A stretch of 64,000 nucleotides of DNA from Chrysomallon squamiferum (lineage: Eukaryota > Animalia > Mollusca): the NCBI GenBank assembly GCA_012295275.1, contig CM022670.1, positions 20,460,001 to 20,524,000 of the forward strand, read 5' to 3'. This document shows positions 1 through 13,479 of this stretch, one piece after another (position 1 is the stretch's first letter; each line of letters starts with the position of its first letter). The translations under genes were made by a program, and so were the position numbers. Below the pieces are notes generated by a model that saw only the letters and a program-made list of their open reading frames with translations, did no database searches and was not told the DNA's origin.

Positions 1-165
1 ATAAAGAAATAATAATAATAACAATAATAACAATAATTACAATAATAATAATAATAATAATAATAACAATAATATTAATGATGATGATGATGATAATAAT
101 ATTACATATATAAAAAATGATGATGATGATGATAATGATAATAATAAAACAACAATAATGATATA
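1..165. repeat. (AAT/AAC/GAT)n trinucleotide microsatellite
   Basis: Runs of aat, aac and gat are directly visible. Confidence 0.9.
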
Positions 166-3164
166 ACAATTGAAAAATATTTTCAGGTTACTTTACTTCA
201 ATTTTTTTTTTTTTTTAACATATAAAATAAAACCTTATAATTATGATACTCATGATGTTAATTGTGGGGATTGTGGTTTACAAGCAGTCATAGAGATACA
301 TACACAGTATACATATCTCCATCTATCTGTCTATCTGTTGACATCCATCCTTCTATCCATCTATGTAAATACATACAATAAACATATTTTGAATATTCAT
401 AAACTATTTAAATTAAACTAAAGAATTTAACACATGGTAAAGCAGCAGCCAAGAGCCAGGTCTAGTATTGTTCTAGAAGTAAATAAATGTTCATAATTTG
501 AAATCATTGAATGTTTTGTACTAGGATTAATTTTTAATGAAAAACTTATGTTCACCACATAAGCTGAAGGGAAAGATCCACACACAGAAAAAGGTGGTTC
601 TTTTTTGATCCAGTATAAATGAAAATGTTTATCACCAAACAATTTAATTTAATGTACAGAATAATTAAATGACAAATTATGTTAGTAGCATATGGTCTAA
701 ACCAGAATGAGAAAATAGTAAGAAGACTGAGATGCAAAGCATTCAAGCATAAAATATGTAATGAATTCACATATATACTTATCTGTAACACATACACTCA
801 TACACATACATATAAATGCACATATACATAAACATATCCATAATTCATGTAAATAAGTAAATATATAAATGCAGATGTACCTACCTACTTACCTTCATCC
901 ATAAATACATAATACATACATACACACACACATATAAAAATATATGGATGTAAATATAAAAACCAAAATTAAAAGACGAAAAGCCACATCTCAAAAAACT
1001 ATAAAATAAAAAAAAATAAAAGTATAAAAAAAAAAACAAAAAAAAAAACAACAACAACCAAAAAACCAAATATATGAATTTTTTATCATTCAAACTCTTC
1101 AAAGTTGAAAAATAAACTTTAATGTAAAACAAAGACAAAATGCATCAGTATTGTTGAAATTTAAACTTTAACCATTCAGTTTGTATTTTCTTTTTTATTT
1201 GGACTCTCCATCTTTTTTTTGGTTGCTAATGACATAAGCTTGAAGGCACCATCTGCACTTCACTGCAGCTTTCTCTGGTTTTAGCACTGAAACTGCAAAA
1301 TCTAATCAGACCATCTAATGGCTATCGTACATTCTACTTAATGGGGGAAAAAAGCCCCACAAAATGAATAAGAAAAAGTAAGGAAATAAAATAACAAGAA
1401 ACCCCTCTCCAGGCATGTTCACATTTGGTTTGTTTGGGTTAAATTAATTAATTATTAAATAAAGATTAGAGTAGACTGTATTTCACAGGTTCAGTACTCA
1501 TGAGAACCATCAGTGTTTCATTGCAAAGAAAGACATTTGACAAGTATAGAAAATAGTGACTGGTCTATAAAAAGCAGTCATTTGGAAGGTGTACTTCTTA
1601 AGATCATCAGTTTTTCGTTCTTAAGAAACACATTGTTTTCAAGCATGAAGGAAAAATTAGGATTATTTTTTCATTATGGCTAGTGCTCAGTGTCTGGTGA
1701 TGTTTTTTATAAGCTGTTTGTAGAAGATTCCTTGAATCTGATCAGATACAGCAGCACTTAAAAAGTCAGCTTCAGGTTTTATCTTTCAGATTATTATTGT
1801 AAAAACCAATACAAAAAAAAACAAAAAACAACATATAGCCATATTATTTGATCAAGCATTAGAAACAGTAAATACAGCAGATAACTTATATATAAGTTCA
1901 GTTTTGATGTACTAAGTATTTTTATGAACTGAAATGTAATTTACAGTATTTGTGGCATAGAACATGCTACTTAATACAAATTTTGTCACAGTTAAAAGAA
2001 GAGTTAATTGTAAACTATTTTCCACAATCACTCCATTAAGACACACTATCTAAGAACTTATGCCATTTAAGAGAAAATAAAATAAAATAAAGCAGTTTCT
2101 AAACAGAGTGGCACTTCATGTTCAAAGGCTTCTTTCCTGTATGAAACTTCAAAAACAAATTAATAAATAAATATGAAAATTAAAATAAATACATAACATA
2201 AATTAAAAATAAAATAAAAGTAACAATAAACTTTAAATAATTAAAAACAAAACAAACCTAAGTTTAAAAAAAGAAAGAAATAAAATGTAAAATAGAAATT
2301 AGTTTACAACAAAACACTTTAAAAAAAAGTATCATTACCATGCAATGATAAACAACAAAACAAAAAACACACATATACAAAACCCACTCCAAACAAATTA
2401 CTAACAGATATACTTTCTTCCCTATACACTCTCCCACCCCCCAAAAAACTAAAACAACAATCATGAAACAAAACATCTTCAAAAATAAATTCACAATAAC
2501 CAAAGTACAGAAATATGATAAACAGAACACAAATGCCCAAAAGACAACAAAACAAACAATAACACCCAACTGAAACCAAAAACAGTACTTGCACACACAC
2601 AAACAAAAGCCAATAAAACTTTCAAAATTGTACGAGTTATATGAAACAGCAAAAAAGAAGGGAACAAAACAAACATTAAACTAAAAATGAAAACTAAGAA
2701 AACTCTAAAGTTGTTTACTTTCAGACAATACAGCTGAACTTCATTTTCCTTTCACCAGTTTTTCACAAATGTAAACTCTTTTTAATGAGTTATTGTGGAG
2801 GAAATGATTTGCTTAATTAACAGAAGCACACATTTCAGTAAAATGACCTTTCATCAATAAATTTTTAATCTACGGCTTTCAACATCTTATCAGTTATGTT
2901 ACAGATAAGGAAACTAAATTTCAATTTGCTGGGTCATTCTAACATTGTGGTCTATTTTCAGTTGGGACAGCAAATTACTCTTGTTCTTTCAGCTGCTTTA
3001 GTGTCTCGCTGTTTGAATAATACATGCTGTTTGGTCATAAAACTGTTTGTAAGGACTGATTGGATCTTGTCTGTAATCATTACTTAGTCATGATATTAGA
3101 TCATTGTGCTTTCAGCCATAACATGCAATTAGTAACTGTGAAATAACTGTGTGAAAAAGCAATC

Positions 3165-3685
3165 TTTTTCATTGGCTATCAAATGGTATTTTTCAGTAAT
3201 TTATTTCAGTGGCTGTGATGTTGTTTTTATCAGTGAATCAAATTTTTTCAATGGTTGTTAAGTAATATTTATAAGTATTCTGAGATTTTTCATTGGTTGT
3301 CGTAAGTAAATCCAGTTTTCTCATTGTCTGTTGATGTAAATTCAGTTATTTCTGTGACATATATCAATTATTTCATTGTGAAGTGGCACATATCAGTAAA
3401 TTCAAATATTACATTGGCTATGAAGTGATCTTTATCAATAAATTCAGTTATTTCATTGGCTGTGAAGTGGCATGAAATTATATCAGTAAAAATATATATT
3501 TTTAAAAACTGGTTCTGATATGTCATTTATCAGTAAATCCAATTTTCTCATTGGCTACTGATATGACAGTTATCAGTAAATTAAGTTATATGATTTGTCA
3601 ACAAATTTAGCTTTTTCAATGAGTGTAATGTAGCATTTTTCAGTAAATTCCGTTATTTCATTGTTGTAAAGTGGCATTTATGATT
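3165..3685. repeat. Degenerate ~43-bp tandem minisatellite
   Basis: Roughly a dozen diverged copies of tttcattggctgtgaagtggcatttatcagtaaattcagtta. Confidence 0.75.
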
Positions 3686-5675
3686 TTCTTCTTTGATGTA
3701 GCTGATGAACACTTCTGTTCTTCAGTGAATTAAACATCAGTATTTGTAGACTAGATTAATAATTTGTGTTTTATTTATCACTTCAGTGTTGAAACCAGAT
3801 AATAACTGTGTAAGAAATGTAGTTATATTTCTTATTACAATTTTAACATTATGAAACTGCAGTGGTTTTTGGACAAAATATTTCATTGATTTTGTATATA
3901 TATTTATAAACATGTAAGTACAGTATTTGTATACACACTATATCATATATCTAAACTGAAAATATATATATAGTTTTTAATATATACAGTGTTTATCTTA
4001 TGAGAGACATATAATACACTGTTTCATTTCACAAGCATATACATGGTATTTACCCATTGTCTGTGCATGGTCCAGAAACTCTCAGAAATATTAATTCTTT
4101 GTAATCAAATCAGTATTCAGAGCCATTTCCTTAATGCAGTGCAGTGAGCTCATTCTTGTAATAATCTTCACAGGCCTCAGATTGTATCTGGACATTCTCT
4201 AAACCAATAAAATACACTGTGAAATATCCAAAGTCATAAACTAATTAGTATTGTATTATTAATCTTTAGGGCATGTTCCTCCTTAAGTTTTGAACACAGA
4301 ATTAAAATGTATTATTTTACTTACAGTAGTGTTCATTTTTTTTCTTTTTCTTGTCTGCATGTTAGGTTGTATTATGATGATTCTTTGATTTGCCATAATC
4401 TGTCACTAACTGTTTCATCCATCTAATCAGCAAATCATCCATTGACCATCTCATCCACTAATTAAATGGCCCATGGCCCATAAGCCTACTAACTACCTAA
4501 AGATTAGTTCTGTTATCTACAGGTTCAGTACATCACACACTAACTGAAACACTCTCAAAGGCCTAACTTCTTACTCATTAATTCATCTGTTCTTTTTCAT
4601 TCACCCACAAATTCACCCAGTTAATAAATCATTCATCCAGTCCACATTAATTTTCATTCAGTTTCTCATCAACACTTACTTATTTTCTTATCATCACTGA
4701 ATCATTTATCACCCACCTACCCACTCGTTTACTCAACCACCTACTCCATCACGTACTGTCAAAAATAGACAAAAAAAAAAAAAAAAAAAAAAAATAAAAT
4801 AAAAAAAAAAATATTGAAGAAAATTGCTTATATTTATTATTCTAATAATTATATATATATAACTGCAATTATAATGATAAAATATGAACTCAGTTTAGGA
4901 AATCTTCAGAATAAACAGCATTGATTTAAATCAACAGCCCTTAGTAAAATATTTACCACATTTTTACAATAACCTTTAAACTTCTGTACAAATTAACACA
5001 AGACTAACAAATGAAGCTATAAGCAATCCAATTTCCTCTTTCATGTTAAAATTCTAAACACCATGCTGGCTTTTCATTAGTCTGTAAAAATGAAAACTCC
5101 CACCTATGTGGTCAAAAAAACCAGAAGGTTAGACGGAAACAGAACGAGGAAAGAGAGAGAGAGGAATCATTTAGTAAACATGTTATTGTGGGATTAGTAA
5201 TAAAACAAAATATACATACCATTCCGTCTGTGACTAGAGTTAAATACTTCTGTGTCATACTTATTTTGATAAAGGTTTTTATCATTATATATTTAAGTAA
5301 AAAAAGTATATATACAAAAAATGTAAAAAACAAAAACCAAAACAATCCAATAATTTTTTTTTAATAATAATCAAAAAAAAAAAAAAAAAAGAAAGAAAAA
5401 TAATAATAATTAAAAAAAAAAGCGCCCCAAACATTCAAAGACAAACAAATAAAAAAATCACAAAATATACAAAAAATAACAATGCCCATAACAAAAGACA
5501 AGAACAAATAAAACAACAAAAACGCTTGTTAATATAATTCCGATATTCAGAAAGCTGGGTGTTGTTGAAGGGAGGTAACTATATTTATCTATAACACTGT
5601 TACTGAAGCAGTGATTCTTTAGTTTCGATCCCTCTGATGATGTTATGAAATACCTGGTATTTTTAAAAAATTATA

Positions 5676-5717
<42 letters not shown>

Positions 5718-6946
5718 AAATAAAAAAAAAAAAAAAAGAAGTAAAAAACAAAACAATATTTTTCTTTTTAATATAAATAAATTTCAAAAAGGGGTCTGAT
5801 AATACGAAGAGAATATTTTATGAATAAATCGTGCCAAAAGAGTTTGTACAAATCATTTTTTGTAGTCACACAGCCGAAAGGGTTTAATGTGTTTCAGAGG
5901 TTTTTCTCATTTTAATCGCTAGCTGTGTACTCATTTGCAAAATCAAAAACGGTTAAACTTTTATTACAAATCAGTACAATTATATCGCCTAAATATTTGT
6001 TACTTTTGAGAATTAGCCTTTGATAAAATTAAATTACATCTGCAGACAATTTCTGAAAAACAATTTACTTTCAATAAGATTTAACAGATAAGTAAAATTT
6101 AGTAGTGTAGATTTGCTATCCGAATTCATTATTTCCAAAGCCGGGTACAGCACGGAAAAAAATAAGAAAAAAATAATAATTATTATTTTTTCTGTTTTTC
6201 TGTTTTTTTTTTTTTAAATACAAGTATAATTTAACATATTTACTATAGTGTTATTTGGGGAAAATGGGACACCAATCTGATTCTGTCTCGCTAATTCCCC
6301 AAAACGTATTAAATTTTACTTTTGTTTCGTAATCCAAGGGGCGTAACTCTGATAAAACTGTTGATAAGCTGTAACAAACAAATGCGGTCTACAGTAATAT
6401 ACTTCCTTCTTGATTTTATATAAACATTTTTTTTTTATAAAAAAATCCTTATAATGAAAATATGATATTACGAAATAGGCAATATAATTTTAAAATATCA
6501 CATTTATGTATTGCTCTTATTTCTGTTTGGAGCAGCAATCTTGTTTCTGAAGTACGAGTGAAACTGGAGATTTGAAATAATAATAAAAAATTGCTGTATA
6601 CTTTTTTATTTACATGTTAAATTTCTTTCTTTCTTTCTTTCAGTGTTTCTTTCTTTTTATTATTTCATAAATAAAACTCAGAAAGGTAATTTTAACCCTT
6701 TATTCAAAATTCTTTGAAATTCTACTCTGGGATCTTAATCCACTGGGTCATTTCTAAATATGCTGAAAAATACATAGCTTAAAATTGAAATATCAAGAAT
6801 GTCGTGTTTTGAAAAATAAAATTGGATTTTTTTTTTTATCATCAGTGTTTTTGTTTTGGATGTTGCTGGCTATTTGTTCGTTTGTTTATGTCCTTCAGTG
6901 TTTGTATGTTTGCGTCTTTTTCTACATTTCTGTTTTCAAAAAAATC

Positions 6947-9333
6947 TTATATTAATTCGCAGATAAAAAAACATGTGGCATCACAAGGGAAATCGTTCCA
7001 TTTCCAGTCTTGATCATTCCAAAGCACTGAACAGTCTTCTCTTCCTCTGTAGTCATTAGGTTCTCCCTTCGACCAATCAGAAAACGCCACATTTTCATTA
7101 CTAGAGTACCAACGCCACATGCCTTCTTTCTCCTTGTCGGTAGCACCAATGAACACACACTTTGTAGGAGTATCTAGATAAAACATAACGTGAGAGACTG
7201 ATTATTGTATCGTATTTATTACGGTGCATTCAGAAAACAATATCAGCATGTTCACATTTAATTCGTTTTACAATAATAACATAAATACACATATAAACGT
7301 GCACTCATATAAAAAAAACTACATACTAAAACAATAGATCACATACATACATACACATATACGTTCATTCATGCATACATATATATTTGTTCCAAAAAAG
7401 TAAATAATAGACGAAAATAGATGGTCTTAAATTATTACTGTTACCTCCAATGATATTCTTAATGTATGAATTTTTCTTATCCGTCTTTAGCTCTATAAGC
7501 TGTCCTTTCTCTTTTCCGCAAACCTCTAAAGTCTGTGAAAAATTCTGAGGTTTCCTGTACACCTTGTAGAAAAAAGGGGTCGAAGTTGTGGCCAGCACGT
7601 ATCCCTTGTCAAGTGGAGAAACATCTTGTACGAGCGAGAAAGAGAGAAAAACAAAAATAAGAAAGAAAGGAAAAAAAGAAAAAGAAATAAACGAATTATT
7701 AATAAACACTCTACTCAAACTCGTACCTATACGTGCTCGAATATCCATATGTATACCCTATGTATATAAATATGATCATATATAAACATGCATAAATATT
7801 AATACCAAAATTATGATGACGATGATAATAATAATAATAATATAAGCTTATTTATCAGCTAGATGATTGTATGAATGTTACCTTCAACACATGCTGTTGT
7901 TTTTCCATCTCTAATTACACACGAAGTCCCTTTACGACAGGAATGATTTTCACACAAGAGGGCAAGTATCTGCAATAGGTTGGTAATGGATAAAGTACTT
8001 ATTATTAATAAATAAATAAACGCAAATTTATTCATTATAAAGAAATACTGATTTATTAATGCATAGCGAAATCTTAATTCATTAATGATAATCCCACTTT
8101 ATTAATGAACAACTGCAAGTTTATTAATTAGAATAATAAATTTATTCCTAATCAAAAGGATGCTAATTTAATAACATTTAACGAAATACTTATTTGTTAA
8201 CGAAAAACAATACTAGAACAATCATAAATAATGATAATAAAACTGAATTATTAGTGAATAAAGAAATATAGTTTATTAATAAATAAAGTAATTCTAGTTG
8301 TTTATGTGTGAGTAAATGTCAGTTTATTGATTTATAACGAAATACTAATTTATGAAGTATTAAAATCTAGTAGTTAAAAAGTGACTAAAAATTGGCTAAT
8401 TTATAATTAAAAAATATCATAAAAATAAAAATAAATAAAACAAAGAAATTCTAGTTTAATAATTATACGTAAATATTAGTTTACCACTGAATGCATAGAT
8501 AGTTGTTTATTAACGAATAATTGAATACTAGTTTATTAATTATTAAATATATAGTAGTTTATTAATTCTAAAGAAATATTTATTTATTAACAGATAGTGA
8601 TATATTAGTTTATTAATAAATACCAATTTATTAATTAATACAAAAATCTAATTTCTGAATTAATAAAATATACTAGTTTATTTAGGAATAATAATAATAA
8701 AAAATTTAATGAAGAAATAAAAAAATAATTATTAATTTATTAAAAACAAATAATGTATTATGAATAAATAAATGCTAGTTTACTGATAAATAAATAAATT
8801 CTACTTTATTATTATAAGGAATTGGTAGTTTATTTGTAAATAAACAAAAACATACTATTTCATTGGAGAATAAATAAATTCTTGTTTATTAATGTGTAAA
8901 AAATATTAGTTTTCTGATCACTAGCGAAATACTGACAGAGAAATACTACTAATAAATGTTAATTCATTAATGAATAGGTTTGTTTCGTACGTACCTGTGG
9001 CCATTTCTTTATTTCAGAGAAAAGGCTTCCATTCATGAACAAAATTCTGTCGTTATCGCCTTCTTGATTTAGTCCGCAAATGTTGGAGGAGACATAAAAA
9101 TTCACTGAGACGCAGTTTGCTCTGAAGAGACACTGCTGCACACATCCTAGGAATCCAACATTCTTAACTATTTTAAATGTATTATTCGAGACTCTGTCAC
9201 GACGAATGAGATGTTCGAAATGTTTAAGATGTGTACACACTGGAGAGGAACTTCCTACCGTCACAGAGACTTGAAGAAATGCGAGGAAAATTTGCAGAAT
9301 ATTTTTTATCCTGAATGTATAGGGTGGTTCCAT
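6947..9333 (-). CDS. Secreted PAN/Apple + short Cys-rich (partial EGF-like) + C-type lectin domain protein, 277 aa, 4 exons
   Basis: Exons 9333-8995, 7969-7882, 7624-7445 and 7173-6947 are all GT-AG with matching phases and total 834 nt of open frame. Hydrophobic N-terminus; PAN-like CVQQCLFRANCVSVNF...C; exon 2 CENHSCRKGTSCVIRDGKTTAC; CTLD with FIGATD, WSKGEPND, EDC and WNDFPC. Confidence 0.88.
7985..8960. repeat. Degenerate AT-rich tandem repeat filling lectin intron 1
   Basis: Recurrent aaatactagtttattaat-like units about every 28-30 bp. Confidence 0.55.
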
Positions 9334-9837
9334 TTTGTATTAAATTTAAGCTGTCGTGTATCAGTTTGTTACTACTACTAATAATGTATTCAAAATAAAA
9401 TACCGGTAAACCATATAAATCTGTTAACAAGACACGAAACTGACGTATTTATTGGTTTTCGGGTAGGTTATTAAATTTTCGATTGTTTTTATTTCAAGAT
9501 AATTGTTTCTTTTTAACATTGATCGATATCATGGAAATAAATCATTAAAGTATTGACATTTTTGTTTGGCCCTGACAATGAAAATTATTGATAACTTTAG
9601 AAAAACATCTAAATAATAATATATGGACTATGACCATTATGTGCATTCACTGACAGCGTAAGTCAAGAGAGCGTAAAAGACTTCTTAATTGTTTCCTCAA
9701 ATAATTACCGCAATGTCGATGATAAAGATAACATTTTCTGAAACGAAGAACATTCTTGTTTCACAAATACGTTATTTTATCATGCTTAAACACTAACAAG
9801 TGTATGTTGATTTGAAATTATCATACATTTTTTTTTC

Positions 9838-11597
9838 CAGCGGTTTATCCATACAAACTAATAATTTATATTTCAACCCCAGAACGCGAAATAATAACTG
9901 AGTTGTCCACTTATTGAACTTTGTGGTTTAATTTTGACAGTTTTCAAACTACTGTTCATGTTACTTTTAACAAAATATTAAATAATTAAAAATATCATTG
10001 TCTTCTTCAATTAATTTATAAATAATTTAATAACTTTAAAAATGGATATTTTTCAGTCATGGTCTATATATTATCTAAGTGTTTTCATTATAAATATATG
10101 ACTCCCAGTTCAGATAAATGGGTTTATAGGTTTCTGGGCTGTAAATATGGCATTTCCTGTCCCAAATTATATGCAGAATACACCTTACTGCTTAATAATC
10201 TAAGAACTGAAAAAGAAAATCTACAGAATGAATTAAAGAACAAATAAAACTTTAACGAAAATTTAATAATATAAATATTAACATTATTAGCTGTTAATAA
10301 TACTTTTTGTATTGCGATAAGAGAAAGGAAAAGGTCTATCGCCATTCAGATTGTGTAGAAGTAACCTTTGTTTTCACATAAACCTTCCCAAAGACAAGAG
10401 AAAAAACGTGCTGTAGTCTTTACTAAACCTGTAGTGACTGCAAAGTATAGATCCATCAAAGCATGTCACTTTTCGGCCTCGCCTCTTCTTTCAACAATCT
10501 ACAGTTATTCAGATATTTCAGGTATTATTCAGACATCATTCAAATCATTCAGATATTATTCGGACGTTATTCAGATCATTCAGGTATTTTTCAGACCTTA
10601 TTCACGTCTTTCCGGTATTATTCAGACGTTATTCAGATCAGTCAGGTATTATTCAGACCTTATTCAGGTCTTTCCGGTATCATTCAGATGTTAATCCAGT
10701 TCATTCAGGTATTATTCAGACGTTATTCAGATCATTCAGGTATTATTCAGACCTTATTCACATCTTTATCACAGCGGTTTATCCATACAAACTAATAATT
10801 TATATTTCAATCCCAGAACGCGAAATAATAACTGAGTTGTCCACTTATTGAACTTTGTGGTTTAATTTTGACAGTTTTCAAACTACTGTTCATGTTACTT
10901 TTAACAAAATATTAAATAATTAAAAATATCATTGTCTTCTTCAATTAATTTATAAATAATTTAATAACTTTCAAAATGGATATCTTTCAGTCATGGTCTA
11001 TATATTATCTAAGTGTTTTCATTATAAATATATGACTCCTTGTTCAGATAAATGGGTTTATAGGTTTCTGGGCTGTCCCAAATTTCCTGTCCCAAATTAT
11101 ATGCAGAATACACCTTACTGCTTAATAATCTAAGAACTGAAAAAGAAAATCTACAGAATGAATTAAAGAAAAAATAAAGCTTTAAAGAAAATTTAGTAAT
11201 ATATATATTAACATTATTAGCTGTTAATAAAACTTTTTGTATTGCGATAAGAGAAAGGAAAAGGTCTATCGCCATTCAGATTGTGTAGAAGTAACCTTTG
11301 TTTTCACATAAACCTTCCCAAAGACAAGAGAAAAAACATGCTGTAGTCTTTAATAAACTTCTAGTGACTGGAAAGTATAGGATCCATCAAAGCGTGTCAC
11401 GCGTCGGCCTTGCCTCTTCTTTCAACAATCTACAGATACTCAAAAGTTATTCAGATCTTTCAGGTATTATTCAGACATCATTCAGATCATTCAGATATTA
11501 TTCGGACGTTATTCAGATCATTCAGGTATTATTCAGACCTTATTCACATCTTTCAGGTATTATTCAGATGTTAATCCAGTTCATTCAGGTATTATTA
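9838..11597. repeat. Direct tandem duplication, period ~934 bp
   Basis: cagcggtttatccatacaaactaataat starts at 9838 and again at 10772; the copies are near-identical, as are ORFs 10124-10345 and 11009-11275. Confidence 0.95.
10505..10765. repeat. Minisatellite with ~31-bp unit built from 9-11-bp attcag-core subunits (second array ~11445-11597)
   Basis: Repeated tcaggtattattcagacgttattcagatcat. Confidence 0.9.
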
Positions 11598-12798
11598 CAT
11601 TTCACCCCAGAATGACAAATTGTGACAAATCATTACGTAACGGTCTTTTTAGTAATTGGGAAAGCATTAATTAGTATCTAATAACAAAAAGCTACTGAAC
11701 CATTCATCCGGAAAATAAACAATTAAAAATAAAGGATTAAACACTTTTTGACAGATGCAAATTAATACACTTCCAAAGCAGTGGCTATCTGATCTTTATT
11801 AATTCACTAACATTTCTTAAAATACCTTCATGGAATACATTTTTTCACTGGCGTTTCTGTTGGTTTTGTAGTCATAATTATAAATGAAAATGATAATCGA
11901 CTGCAACGATCAATAACTCACTGCAATAGGATCATTTGTACACTGCAACATTCTCACTTGAACTGTCGTCACAGAAACTGAAACAAAGCGCGGCTAATTT
12001 AAAAGTAGCCAATTACAAAAAAAAAAAAAAAAAAAAAAAAACAAAAAAAAAAAAAACGGTTTTCTTAATTTCTGGAAGCCGGACAAATGATTCGGTATCT
12101 ATAGTAACATCATTTGTAAACTGAACTTCTTTTCACTAACAATTTTCACCAGTTATGAAAAAACATACATTTTATCGGGACGGAAAAACAATTAGTATGT
12201 AAACAGATTATAATAGTTACTTAGAACAAGTGCAAGTATGGTAAATAAATGAAATAATTTGTTAGGGGGAACCGTGTGGATTGGAATTTTAATGGTTTGT
12301 GAGAATGAGACAAATCTTAGAAAATAAAATATCTAGGGCTCTTTCATTATACAAATTAATAATTTTAAATCTGACAATATTTTCTGATTAACGAACATTT
12401 ATTTTGTTTTATTTTACTGTATTGGAATAACTCAGATGCAGATTTAATTGTATCGACATAAATGCTTGGTCAATCACCATTTGATTGTTTCATGGCAGGA
12501 TTTCACATAATGTCCCATTACTTAAAACGTAGTGAGGTGATGTCCCTTTTTCAAGCATCAAAGATACATTTGTTTAGAGATTCATTACAAAAATAAATTT
12601 TGAGGGTTTTATTTCTTTATTTCATTCTAATCCTATCTTCTTATTCTTATTATTATAAGCTCTCGTTCAAAATTTAATCTTCTACTTTGCTGAAACTATT
12701 AGATCAATATAAATGTATATAATTTAGTAAAAGATAGATTAATTTTAGTCTATAAAAATTTATTTTTTGTTGACGCTTGTTAAAGTACAAATTAATTT

Positions 12799-12844
<46 letters not shown>

Positions 12845-13479
12845 ATACCAGATGACCTCTAAATTAGAAACATCAAAAGTAAAAAAATAAATAAATAATA
12901 ATAATAACAAGCCTCCTTCATTTACCTGTGGTAAGTACAGTGATAAACTTTAATTTTTAAAGTGTTATTTAAATTATTCTTCTTCTTCATCTTATTATTA
13001 TTCATATATAAACCTCCTAATTGTTTATTTATTTCGTTTGTGTAAAATGGAAAGATTTTTCTTTTTAAATTGAAGTTCTGATCACATTTTTACTTTACTT
13101 ACTAGATCGTATATAATTATGGTGAAGGTCAAAAAATATATTTAAAGAAGAAAAGTTTTGTTTTCAGTATTAAAAAATTCATCGTTTAGATGTTAACAAT
13201 CTAAGTATTTAAACAAGGAAAACAACTCTCATTTCTTTATGTACTAGAGTAAGCTTTGACTACGATTATCTACCTTAAATTACTTTCAAATTTTTCCTAT
13301 CGAGCAGTTTTTCCGGTAAACAAAATAATAAAATAAACAAAAGATTATCTAGACGAAAGAATGAAGGAAAGAAAAATTGTGATTTAACAATAATAATAAT
13401 AATAATGATTTAACAATAATAATAATAATAATAAAAATAAAATAAATAATAATAATAATGATGATGATGATGATGATGA

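Noticed and set aside
881-2676. Hydrophobic F/V/C-rich minus-strand ORFs
   Set aside because: Antisense of A/C-rich low-complexity sequence, with no domain or splice support.
10368-10795. Repetitive ORFs and a CRISPR-like look of the attcag array
   Set aside because: Pure tandem minisatellite with no unique spacers, no cas genes and a eukaryotic context; the ORFs are by-products.
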